DNA of 64,000 nt from an uncultured Desulfospira sp. (GTDB taxonomy: Bacteria; Desulfobacterota; Desulfobacteria; Desulfobacterales; Desulfobacteraceae), in contig OY760175.1 of assembly GCA_963663165.1 (NCBI GenBank), positions 1,184,001 through 1,248,000 on the forward strand, written 5' to 3'. The stretch's first letter is position 1. Every line of letters starts with the position of its first letter. The notes under the pieces were generated by a model. The model saw only the letters and a program-made list of their open reading frames with translations, did not search any database and was not told the DNA's origin. Position numbers and translations under genes: made by a program. Below are positions 1-9,182 of this stretch, piece by piece.

Positions 1-547
1 TTTTGTAAAACAGGACCCGGCTGTAAAAAGCACTGGCCTTTTCCACCACAACGGCGATGTGCTGCCAGCCAATGGTCACGTCTCCGGCAGCATGGGATTC
101 CCCATGAAGGCTGACCAAATAACGATCGTCTGCAGAAAAACCGACGCTGACTATTGGTATTGAACCTGAGGATTGTTTCCCAAAAAATGTTTTCCCGGCT
201 GTGGTCCCCTGGGGGTTGACCCACAGGGACAGGGAAAAAACCGAGGGCAGGTCAAAGCTGCCGGCCTGGATATGAGCACCGGTCCCGTCAAAAGAATAGG
301 CCCTGCCGGGATTCCCGGACCGGTCCGCTGCCAGGGCGACACTATATGCAGTCCCGTCATACCCATTGGGCCCCATATCCAACACATTGCCGTCAAGGGG
401 ATAATACGAGATCAGGCCGGCCGGCAGCTCGGCGGACACCGGGACGGTTACCCCTAAAACGCTGATTAAAAACATGCCCACCCAGCAGACCGCCTGGATG
501 AAAAAAAGTTTCCCGGGGATTGATTTTATATTGCGTGTGGTATTCAT
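1..547 (-). CDS. Secreted LamG/concanavalin-like jellyroll domain protein (runs off window start)
   Basis: Translated by hand, not in ORF track: ATG at 547, hydrophobic signal-like N-terminus, then LISYYPLDGN, LSLWVNP and WQHIAVVV motifs typical of LamG_3; frame open to position 1. Confidence 0.75.
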   Translation of the reverse strand, partial: MNTTRNIKSIPGKLFFIQAVCWVGMFLISVLGVTVPVSAELPAGLISYYPLDGNVLDMGPNGYDGTAYSVALAADRSGNPGRAYSFDGTGAHIQAGSFDLPSVFSLSLWVNPQGTTAGKTFFGKQSSGSIPIVSVGFSADDRYLVSLHGESHAAGDVTIGWQHIAVVVEKASAFYSRVLFYK

Positions 548-549
548 TT

Positions 550-1422
550 TTATTTGCCTTTGCTGAGTTCCTGATTAATTATTTCCTGAACAGCCGACAA
601 ACTGCGGCCCTTCAACAGTTTCCCATTGATAAACAGGGTGGGTGTCCCTGTAACATCGGCCTTAGAGGCGTCCTGCATGTCTTTGGCCACCTGATCCCGG
701 ACCGGTGCGCTGTTCATGTCAGTTTTCCATTTTTCCATATCCAGGGCCAGGGACCGGGCAATGTCTTCAATGCCTTCTTGAGTCAACTTTTCTTGGGCAA
801 ACAGCTGATCGTGAAATTCCCAGAATTTTCCCTGATTGTGGGCAGAAAGGGCGGCCCGGGCAGCCTGATCCGCCAGGGGGTGGAGTCGGCGAAGGGGCAT
901 GTTTTTAAACACCAGCTTTACCGTGGCCGGGTTGTTTTTGAGAATCATGTCCAACAAAGGATTCATTTTCCTGCAAAAGGGGCATTCAAAATCCGTGAAT
1001 AAAGCAAGGGTGACCGGCGCATCCTCAGGGCCTTTAAACGGGGAACCGCTGATGTCAATATGATGGACAAAATCAATGGACAGGGCGGTCAGTGTGTTTG
1101 TCCGGCCGTCAATGAGGTAAAGGGTTTCAGCCCGGGGAGAAACATCAATACCGGTGACCCCTTTGCCAACCGACACCCCGCCGGCCAGCTGTCCGTCGGT
1201 GTCATAGACCAGTACCTTGCTTTCTTTGGTCAGGACAAAAACGTATTTCCCGTCATCTGAATGAACGATATCCACAGGGCTTTCCGGCAGCCGCCATTGT
1301 TTGGCCATATGCCATTCAATGGCCACGGTGTTTTCAGGTTCAGGGGATGCGGCAAGGGTAAAATCGGCCAAACAAGCCGTCATCAGGGCCGCAAGAATAA
1401 AAAAATACGGTTTTAAATTCAT
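550..1422 (-). CDS. DsbA/thioredoxin-family disulfide oxidoreductase with N-terminal beta-propeller-like segment
   Basis: FTDFECPFC (CxxC) and cis-Pro motif GTPTLFING; signal-like MNLKPYFFILAAL; start taken at ATG 1422 rather than ORF-track 1584. Confidence 0.85.
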   Translation of the reverse strand: MNLKPYFFILAALMTACLADFTLAASPEPENTVAIEWHMAKQWRLPESPVDIVHSDDGKYVFVLTKESKVLVYDTDGQLAGGVSVGKGVTGIDVSPRAETLYLIDGRTNTLTALSIDFVHHIDISGSPFKGPEDAPVTLALFTDFECPFCRKMNPLLDMILKNNPATVKLVFKNMPLRRLHPLADQAARAALSAHNQGKFWEFHDQLFAQEKLTQEGIEDIARSLALDMEKWKTDMNSAPVRDQVAKDMQDASKADVTGTPTLFINGKLLKGRSLSAVQEIINQELSKGK

Positions 1423-1555
1423 GGCGTTAAATGGTTTCCATCCATAAGCGGTTGTGTGGGGATATATCTTTAAAAATGTATAGGATAGGAACTCCCTTTT
1501 TGTCAAGGAAATGTGAAGAGAATGTGACGGATTGGCCGTTTTTAAAGCAGAAAAC

Positions 1556-2737
1556 TTAGCGCATGGCCTTGTCAATTGAGGCAAAAACCCTGTCCCAGGT
1601 ATATGCTTCCTTTGCCAGGCACCGGGCGTTTTTCTGAATCGCCTGCCACAGGGGTTTGTCCGTTAACAGGGAGTGGATGTCGCCGGCCATTTTGCCCGGA
1701 TCTTCGGATATAATCGCATGGACCCGGTCTTTGAGCGCCAGCCCCGCTGTTCCCGTCGGCGTTGTGGCCACGGGGATGCCCCGGTACAGGGCGTTAATGA
1801 TTTTAACCTTTATCCCGCCCCCGAATCTTACCGGGGCGACAAACACCCGGCATTGGTCATAATACGGGGTCAGATCCGCCACAAACCCGGTCAGGATAAT
1901 ATCTGCTTTAGACGCCACCAATCTTTGCAGTGCGTTGCCCGGGGCGGCGCCCACAATATAAAAGCGCAGCTGCGGGTTTTGGGCCTTGAGGCGGTCCCAG
2001 ACATGGGTTATAAACCAGGTCAGGCCGTCTGAGTTCGGCTCCCAGCTCAAGGTTCCCACATAAAGCAGCGTCACCTGTGTCCGGTCAAAATCAATGCCGG
2101 GCAGATCCAGCAGCCGGGCATCCCCTAAATGAAAGGTTTCATAGAATTTCTCCGGCCGGGTCCCGAGCCGTAACAAATCCAGCCGGTCATTGGGGGCGGC
2201 CAGGATGCCGTGGGCTTTTTTTCCGGCGGCTGTTTCCCAGGCCTTGATCCGTTTGGACTCCAGATAAATCACCAGTTTTTTAATGGGATTTCTTTCAAGG
2301 TGGGCCAGTTTCTCCCAGATCACATATTCCGCATTATGGGCATGCAGAATAATGCGGCCGCCAAACCCTTCCGGTATATAGGGGGCCATGATAAGGGAAT
2401 CTAAAAACAGGATATCATACCCGTCGGCAATTTGTTCGACATGGGCTTTAAACGTGGCCGAATAATTTCTGTACAGGGACAGCGGCATGTGTTTAAAATA
2501 GCTTTTCAAAAGATTCCGGATGGTCCTGGGTCTGCTCAGCATTTCCCCATAAAACGCCGTTGTTCTGATTTTTGACAACAGCATGGCTTCTCGCCGGTCA
2601 AAATTGTCCGCAAAAAACACACAAACAGCCAGGTCGTAATGCCTTGAAAGGTATTCGGCCATTTCCCACCGTTTTACGGCACCCCCGCTGACCGGCGGAT
2701 AGTCCAGCTGATGGGCAAGAAAAAGGATCTTTTTCAA
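1556..2737 (-). CDS. GT4-family glycosyltransferase
   Basis: PPVSGG N-terminal loop, VAPVRFGGGIKVKIINAL..GIPVATT motif; overlaps ABC gene by 4 nt. Confidence 0.85.
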   Translation of the reverse strand: MKKILFLAHQLDYPPVSGGAVKRWEMAEYLSRHYDLAVCVFFADNFDRREAMLLSKIRTTAFYGEMLSRPRTIRNLLKSYFKHMPLSLYRNYSATFKAHVEQIADGYDILFLDSLIMAPYIPEGFGGRIILHAHNAEYVIWEKLAHLERNPIKKLVIYLESKRIKAWETAAGKKAHGILAAPNDRLDLLRLGTRPEKFYETFHLGDARLLDLPGIDFDRTQVTLLYVGTLSWEPNSDGLTWFITHVWDRLKAQNPQLRFYIVGAAPGNALQRLVASKADIILTGFVADLTPYYDQCRVFVAPVRFGGGIKVKIINALYRGIPVATTPTGTAGLALKDRVHAIISEDPGKMAGDIHSLLTDKPLWQAIQKNARCLAKEAYTWDRVFASIDKAMR

Positions 2738-4527
2738 GGGGAAACCAGCCTTTGAAATACGGTCCTTTTATTGATCAGATCCTGGGGGGTTCCCAAGGTT
2801 TTTATCCGGCCGTTTTGAAGCAGTACAATCCGGTCACACTGTGTCAGGGCGCTCATGCGGTGGGCCACAATGATCATGGTCTTTTTGCCGTGGAGGGCAT
2901 TGACGGCCCGGGATAGATCCTGCTCGGTGTGTTCGTCCAAAGCCGATGTGGCTTCGTCAAATATGAGAAGCTCAGGGTCATGGTAAAGGGCCCGGGCAAT
3001 GGCAACCCGCTGTTTTTCCCCGCCGGACAGGGTCAGCCCCCGCTCCCCGATGTCTGTGTCCAGGCCCTGGGGCAGCGTAGATATAAAATCTTCCAGCTGG
3101 GCCATATGGACGGCTTTGGCCACTTTAGTGCGGTCAATTTCATGGGCATTGATCCCAAAGGCGATATTTTGTGCCAGGGTGTCATCGGTCAGATAGATGT
3201 CCTGGGGGACAAACCCGATTTTCCGGCGCCAGGATGCCATCCGGCTTTGAATATTCGCATCATCCACGAGAATCCGGCCTTTTAAAGGCGGTATCAGTCC
3301 CAGTATAAGATCGATAATGGTGCTTTTGCCACTGCCGGTAGGCCCCATAATGCCGATAAATTCTCCGGGATGAATGGTTATTGAAACATCGGTTAAAACC
3401 GGCCCGCGCTCCTTTTCATAGGTAAAGGAAACCTGATCCAGAACCAGATGGTGTTGAAAGGTCATGTCCGGCTGCGAATCCTGCGGGTCAGCAGATTCCG
3501 ATTCATATGTCGCTAAAAGTGCCATATCTGCGGCCAGAAGGTCTGCCTCAGCCCCGCCGTACCGGATGAGGTTGATATGCATGGACAGCCGGTTAAATGA
3601 CGGAATGGCCCGGAACCCGGCATAGGTAAAAAGGCCTAAAAGCGGCAGCACATCCTGCATCCCGCCGGCCTTTTCCATGGTTAAAAATACAATGATGAGC
3701 GGCACACAGACAAAAACGGTTTCCACCAGAAACCGGGGGCTGTGGTTCAAGGTGACCACCAGCCGCCTTTGCCGGGAAAGGGCGTTCTGGGTATGGCAAA
3801 ACATGTCATGCCAGAAGGATTCCCGGCCCATGACCTTTACTTCTTTTAATGCGCCAAACGCCTGCTGCATGGTCTTCAGGGCATTTTGCCGCATGTGTTG
3901 TTCCTGGACACCGAGCCTGGCAAACAGGCGGTGCAGCGCTATCAGCAGGGCGCCAAGCAAAAGAGACAGCAAAGAAACGCAACCGATCGTCATCATGGGA
4001 GAGGCCATGATCAGCACGGTAATAATGCCGCAAAGAATGAGGATTTCCGACAGGCCGGCGACAACGGATTCCAAGAGCAGGTGTACCGTGGCCTCCATGC
4101 CCTTGGAAGTCCGGTCAATAAGGGCGGCGGAGTTGCGGTGGAAATGAAAGGAAAACGGTGCGCCAAGATACCGCTTGAACAGGTTGGCGGACAGGAGGGC
4201 AATGGTGGTGTTGGTGAGCCGGCTTCTCAGATAGCAGGCGGTCAGCAGAAAAAAATTTTTCAGCATATAGTACAGACAGACCATTAAGACAAAGCTGAAT
4301 ATGACCGTTTTTTCATCTGCCAGGGCCAATCCCGTATAAAGCCGCGAGACCACGGGGATGTCATAAACAGCGGCCGGGTCCATCATCACCTTTAGCAGGG
4401 CATACACCGCAGCCGCGCCAAGCCCTTCGGCTGCGGCTTCTGCCGCAGAAAGCGGTATGAGGCCCGCCCAGTAACGGCGCATGGACGGCGGCAGGAGCAA
4501 AAAGGCGGTTTTTATTTGCTTAAACAC
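2734..4527 (-). CDS. ABC transporter permease/ATPase, PglK/MsbA-like lipid-linked glycan flippase
   Basis: N-terminal TM domain, Walker A GPTGSGKST, LSGGEKQR signature, FDEATSALD Walker B; flanked by glycosyltransferases. Confidence 0.85.
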   Translation of the reverse strand: MFKQIKTAFLLLPPSMRRYWAGLIPLSAAEAAAEGLGAAAVYALLKVMMDPAAVYDIPVVSRLYTGLALADEKTVIFSFVLMVCLYYMLKNFFLLTACYLRSRLTNTTIALLSANLFKRYLGAPFSFHFHRNSAALIDRTSKGMEATVHLLLESVVAGLSEILILCGIITVLIMASPMMTIGCVSLLSLLLGALLIALHRLFARLGVQEQHMRQNALKTMQQAFGALKEVKVMGRESFWHDMFCHTQNALSRQRRLVVTLNHSPRFLVETVFVCVPLIIVFLTMEKAGGMQDVLPLLGLFTYAGFRAIPSFNRLSMHINLIRYGGAEADLLAADMALLATYESESADPQDSQPDMTFQHHLVLDQVSFTYEKERGPVLTDVSITIHPGEFIGIMGPTGSGKSTIIDLILGLIPPLKGRILVDDANIQSRMASWRRKIGFVPQDIYLTDDTLAQNIAFGINAHEIDRTKVAKAVHMAQLEDFISTLPQGLDTDIGERGLTLSGGEKQRVAIARALYHDPELLIFDEATSALDEHTEQDLSRAVNALHGKKTMIIVAHRMSALTQCDRIVLLQNGRIKTLGTPQDLINKRTVFQRLVSP

Positions 4528-5750
4528 GGTCTGTCCCCATTGACTAATGATAATAGGATATTTTCTAATCGTCTTCCAAATACCGGCATAGAAAATAAGG
4601 CCTGGGCCCTTTTCTGGGCAGCTTTTCCCATGTCGGCGGCTCTGGCCGGATCAGCGATAAATGTTTTCATGGCCCGGGCAAAATCGCCGGCTGCCGGGTC
4701 ACACAAAAAACCGGTCAGCCCGTTCACGACGGTTTCTTTGGGTCCTCCCCGGTTGACCGCTATGACCGGCTTGCCGGCGGCCATGGCCTCGACAATCCCG
4801 ATGCCGAAATGTTCGTTAACACTGGTATAAACCATGATATCACAGTCCTTGAGCAAGCTTAAGCGCCGGCTGTCCGAAATGGAGGACAAAAAGACCACCT
4901 GGCCGTGCAGGTTTAACTGGTCTGCCTGTGCCTTTAAATCATCTAAGGTCTGCCGCTGCTCCGGGAGACGCTCATCACAGGCACCCGCCATGATAAGCTG
5001 TATTCCATGGAATGTCTCCGGTGAAACCGTCCCGCGAAGGGCTGCCAGGGCATCCAGGGCCAGGGCCAGATTTTTTTCAGGAGCAAACCGGTTGATGGAC
5101 AACAAATTGATCCGGCCTTTATCCGTTAATCCGGAATACATTGGCCCACTGCCCGCCGGGGTCAGAAATTGCGGGATATCAACGCCGGGATAAAGGACCT
5201 TGGGCGGTTTGCGTGAAAAATAAGGGAATGAATCTTTAAATGTCCGGGCTGTAAACTCACTGTTCACCAGGATCTGATGGGCAAACCGCATCCCAAACCG
5301 TTCCAGGCCGTTTACCGGCACCCTGTAAACCCGGTACAGCCCCTTTTTTTGAGGCGCAAGAAGGACATCCGGGTAATGGCCGTAAAACAAAATCTTTGCC
5401 CTGGATATCAGGCGGTAAAAGGGAATAACATGGGGCACCAGGTCACAAACCATAACGTCACAGCAGCGGGATGCCTGTTTCATGGCCAGGGCCATCACCA
5501 TCATCCGGGCAATGGCACAAGGGACGCGAAACCGGCCGGACAGGCCATGGGGGACGAAATTACCCGCGACCTTTATGGTCAGCATGGGGTTGCGTGTCTT
5601 CTCAAGACAATGGCAGGGATCATACCGGCCGGTAAAAATGGTAACCTCATGGCCCTGGTTCACAAGTTCAACCGCCGCATCAACCATCAGCCGTTCAGCG
5701 CCGCCAATGCCCAGATCCGGATGTAAAAATGCAATCTTGAGCCGTTTCAT
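4512..5750 (-). CDS. ALG2-like alpha-1,3/1,6-mannosyltransferase (GT4)
   Basis: IAFLHPDLGIGGAERLMVDAA, YDPCHC, LSINRF..EKNL, YTSVNEHFGI..VEAM..GKPVIAVNRGGPKETV match eukaryotic ALG2 motifs as recalled. Confidence 0.85.
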   Translation of the reverse strand: MKRLKIAFLHPDLGIGGAERLMVDAAVELVNQGHEVTIFTGRYDPCHCLEKTRNPMLTIKVAGNFVPHGLSGRFRVPCAIARMMVMALAMKQASRCCDVMVCDLVPHVIPFYRLISRAKILFYGHYPDVLLAPQKKGLYRVYRVPVNGLERFGMRFAHQILVNSEFTARTFKDSFPYFSRKPPKVLYPGVDIPQFLTPAGSGPMYSGLTDKGRINLLSINRFAPEKNLALALDALAALRGTVSPETFHGIQLIMAGACDERLPEQRQTLDDLKAQADQLNLHGQVVFLSSISDSRRLSLLKDCDIMVYTSVNEHFGIGIVEAMAAGKPVIAVNRGGPKETVVNGLTGFLCDPAAGDFARAMKTFIADPARAADMGKAAQKRAQALFSMPVFGRRLENILLSLVNGDRPCLSK

Positions 5751-5986
5751 TTTTTGTTATGTTCCAAAAAACAAAATATCCCGTTAAAAAAAGTCTCCAA
5801 GGTTAGAATACGGCCTTAGACGCGATACGGTTTCATCATGTTGAGGCAGTATCAGGTCCAAAGTCGCCCCGTCAAGAAAAAAATAGCTTGAGAAAAAACC
5901 GCTGCTTTGGTTACCATGATGTTTTGGCAAATTAAAAATAATCCAGGCACACATAACAACAAAGAAGCGTACTATCGAGGTCACCC

Positions 5987-7414
5987 ATGATCGGTCCTGT
6001 GTTTTTTTTCATCCCCCTTGTATTTATCATTTTCCTTTGGCTCTGGTTCCGGTCAAAGACCGCATGGAAAAAGCCGCGCCGGCCAAATGAAACGGTTGTG
6101 GCGTTTTTCCATCCCAATGCCCTGTGCGGCGGCGGGGGAGAACGGGTCCTGTGGATGATGATCCATGCGCTGCAAAAAAGGGATCAGGCAAACGCGGTCC
6201 GGTACGTGATCTATCTGAGTGGGCCGGCCCCAGTGTCATTTTTTGAAGCATCCCGGAAAATCAAATCCCAGTTTAACATCCAACTGAAGGACCCTGTAGA
6301 ATTTATCCCGGTTAAGAAATCACACTTGATTGACGGGGACAGATACCGCCGTTTTACAATGATCCGCCAGGCCATCGGCTCCATCCGGCTGGCCTTTGAA
6401 TGCCTGACCCGGCTTTGCCCCGATTATTACGTGGACACCACCGGGTTTGCCTTTTGCTATCCCCTTGCCCGGCTGGCCGGCTGCAAGGTCATGACATACA
6501 CCCACTACCCGGCCATCAGCGCCGACATGGTATCTGTTGTCCGCGCTAAAACCAACGCCCACAATAACCAGGCCGTCATCGCGCAAAGCCAATGGCTGAC
6601 CGGAATTAAAATATTCTACTATGGTGTGTTTTCTCTTGTATACGGTCTTTGCGGGAAATGCGCCCACCGGGTCATGGTAAACTCCTCGTGGACATGGTCC
6701 CATATTCAGGCCATCTGGTCTCCAAAGGATATTCATATTGTGTTTCCCCCGGCGCCGGTTGAGCATTTAATGAACCTGCCCCTGGGCCCGCGGCAGAACC
6801 AGATTATCTCAGTGGCCCAATTTCGTCCTGAAAAACGGCACGATTTTCAGATCCGTGTGTTTGCCAACGTATTAGAAAGGTGCCGGAAGGAACGTATTAA
6901 GGAAGAACCCCGGTTGGTTCTCGTGGGCGGGTGCCGCAACAAAGCCGATGAGCAATACGTCAGGGACTTGAAAGAACTGGCCCGGCAGTTAGGGGTCCAA
7001 AGCCATGTCGTATTTGCCCCCAACGCGCCATACGAAAAACTGACAGCGTATTTAGGGTCGTCCAAAATTGGCCTGCACGCCATGTGGAACGAACACTTCG
7101 GCATTGGTGTGGTGGAGTACATGGCCGCAGGCTGCATTGCCGTGGCTCACAAAAGCGGCGGGCCTGCACTGGATATCCTTGTCCCGGCCCATGACGGGCC
7201 AAGGGGGTTCCTTGCCGATTCCATGGAGACCTATGTTGCCGCACTGTGCCATATTCTGCTTGGGGAACGGCCCGAAAAGGACCTTGAAAACATACGAATC
7301 CGAGGCCGTAAGCAGTGTCAGAAATTTTCCAACGACATATTTATCAAAAAAATACAGCGACTGATGGTCTTTACCGGCACATCTTTGTGTTTATTCTGGC
7401 CAGCGCCATTTTAG
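5987..7414 (+). CDS. ALG11-like alpha-1,2-mannosyltransferase (GT4) with N-terminal TM anchor
   Basis: AFFHP..CGGGGERVLW, YTHYPAISADM, VMVNSSWT, QFRPEKRH, GGCRNKAD, GLHAMWNEHFGIGVVEYMAAG..AHKSGGP match eukaryotic ALG11 motifs as recalled. Confidence 0.9.
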   Translation: MIGPVFFFIPLVFIIFLWLWFRSKTAWKKPRRPNETVVAFFHPNALCGGGGERVLWMMIHALQKRDQANAVRYVIYLSGPAPVSFFEASRKIKSQFNIQLKDPVEFIPVKKSHLIDGDRYRRFTMIRQAIGSIRLAFECLTRLCPDYYVDTTGFAFCYPLARLAGCKVMTYTHYPAISADMVSVVRAKTNAHNNQAVIAQSQWLTGIKIFYYGVFSLVYGLCGKCAHRVMVNSSWTWSHIQAIWSPKDIHIVFPPAPVEHLMNLPLGPRQNQIISVAQFRPEKRHDFQIRVFANVLERCRKERIKEEPRLVLVGGCRNKADEQYVRDLKELARQLGVQSHVVFAPNAPYEKLTAYLGSSKIGLHAMWNEHFGIGVVEYMAAGCIAVAHKSGGPALDILVPAHDGPRGFLADSMETYVAALCHILLGERPEKDLENIRIRGRKQCQKFSNDIFIKKIQRLMVFTGTSLCLFWPAPF

Positions 7415-7495
7415 CGGCCATGGGGCTGGACATGATGACCGCCTTTGGGGCTGCAGCATCCTGCATCGGCAATATCGGGGGGCCCTTTTCAAATG
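7365..7495 (+). pseudogene. Remnant of a TrkH-type K+ transporter C-terminal segment
   Basis: Alternative frame reads LY..IFVFILASAILAAMGLDMMTAFGAAASCIGNIG, resembling the last TrkH pore loop (GNIGPG); boundaries approximate. Confidence 0.55.
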
Positions 7496-7506
7496 ATCCG
7501 GGGAAC

Positions 7507-8760
7507 CTACTTGATTCTTTGGATATCCGCACCCAGTTGTGAAAACTTCTTTTCAATGGCCTCGTACCCCCGGTCCATGTGGTACACCCGGGAGATCACC
7601 GTGGTGCCCCGGGCCATAAGGCCTGCGATGACCAGGGAGGCCGAGGCCCGAAGATCCGATGCCATGACCGGCGCCCCCTGAAGGGACTTAACCCCCCGGA
7701 CCATGGCGTAATTGCCGCTGGACACGGTGATTCTGGCCCCCAAGCGAATCAGTTCATTGGCATGAATGAAGCGGTTTTCAAAAATCGACTCATGAATAAC
7801 GGAATCCCCTTTGGCCACCGAGAGCATGGCCATGAACTGGGCCTGCATGTCCGTTGGAAACCCGGGGTATGGCAGGGTTTTGATGTCCACGCTTTTAATG
7901 GTTTCCTGCCCCTTTACCCGGATACGGTCCTGGCCGGTTTCTATCAGGGCACCAGTCCCTTTTAACTTGCTGATCACCCCGCCGATATGGTCCGGACAGC
8001 AGCCCTCAATGGTGACATCCCCGCCGGTTGCCGCCGCCGCCACCATAAAGGTGCCGGTTTCAATCCGGTCAGGAATGACATTGACCGTTGCCGGATGAAG
8101 GGCGTCCACCCCTTCGATCTCAATGATGGCGGTCCCGGCCCCGGACACCTTAGCCCCCATCTGGTTCAATGCATCGGCCAGACAGACAATTTCAGGCTCT
8201 CTGGCCGCATTCCTGATCACGGACCGCCCCCTGGCCAGCACTGCGGCCATCATCAGGTTTTCTGTCCCGGTTACCGTCGGGGTATCAAAGTAAATGTCCC
8301 CCCCGGTGAGCCGGTCGGCCTTGGCCTCAATATACCCGTGATCAATGGAAATCTTTGCCCCTAAAGATTCAAGCCCGGAAAGATGCATATTCACCGGTCT
8401 TGCCCCAATGGCGCACCCGCCGGGCATGGAGACCTTGGCATGGCCGAACCGGGCTGTCAGAGGACCTAACACCAGAATAGAGGCCCTCATTTTTCTGACC
8501 AGGTCATATTCGGCCTCAATCTTGTTGATGCCGGAACCGTCTACGGTGAACACATGATCTTCAAAGGTACACCGGGCACCTAAATCTTCAAGCAGAAGCC
8601 GGATGCTTTTGATATCCATCAGGTCCGGAACATTGTAAAAAGTGGTGGTGCCGTTGACCAGAATTCCTGAAGCAATCAGGGGAAGGGCCGCATTTTTAGC
8701 CCCGCTGATCTTGACCGTCCCGTGAAGTTTTCTGCCGCCATTTATCTGTATTTTATCCAT
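7507..8760 (-). CDS. murA: UDP-N-acetylglucosamine 1-carboxyvinyltransferase
   Basis: [30 protein letters not shown] (active-site Cys), [19 protein letters not shown]; start at MDKIQ. Confidence 0.97.
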   Translation of the reverse strand: MDKIQINGGRKLHGTVKISGAKNAALPLIASGILVNGTTTFYNVPDLMDIKSIRLLLEDLGARCTFEDHVFTVDGSGINKIEAEYDLVRKMRASILVLGPLTARFGHAKVSMPGGCAIGARPVNMHLSGLESLGAKISIDHGYIEAKADRLTGGDIYFDTPTVTGTENLMMAAVLARGRSVIRNAAREPEIVCLADALNQMGAKVSGAGTAIIEIEGVDALHPATVNVIPDRIETGTFMVAAAATGGDVTIEGCCPDHIGGVISKLKGTGALIETGQDRIRVKGQETIKSVDIKTLPYPGFPTDMQAQFMAMLSVAKGDSVIHESIFENRFIHANELIRLGARITVSSGNYAMVRGVKSLQGAPVMASDLRASASLVIAGLMARGTTVISRVYHMDRGYEAIEKKFSQLGADIQRIK

Positions 8761-8789
8761 AAGCTCCGGTTGAAACAATTTCCTTAACT

Positions 8790-9001
8790 AACGGTCACGG
8801 GCCGTCTTGGTTATCCAACCAAGCACCGCCCACAACGAATAATGAAACTGAAGATACCAGCAACGGTAGACTATAAATTGGGCACCGCAGGTGCTTCGCC
8901 CTCTTGTCTCTTGTTTCTTGTTTCTTGTCTCCAGTTTCTTATAAACGGCCACGGGCCGCCCTGGTTGTCCAACCAAGAACCGCCCACAACAAATAATGAA
9001 A
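8790..9001. repeat. Two 58-bp imperfect direct repeats (8790-8847, 8944-9001) flanking a CTTGTYT heptamer tract
   Basis: aacggYcacgggccgYcYtggttRtccaaccaagMaccgcccacaacRaataatgaaa seen twice. Confidence 0.8.
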
Positions 9002-9182
9002 GTCTTCTCAAGATGTTAGTGAGACTTTCATATAAAAAATATCAAACCATTTTTCTTGCCCTGCAACTTAGGGGATATGGACCATTTTTTCCAGAAAAAA
9101 ATTATTTTTACCCTTCATGCATTGATTTCCCCATCCTCCCCCGAAAGAATAAAGGCTCAGCCATGCCGGTCACCGGCGTTTA

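Noticed and set aside
7507..8760. Fosfomycin-resistant MurA variant
   Set aside because: Active-site Cys (PGGCAIG) is present
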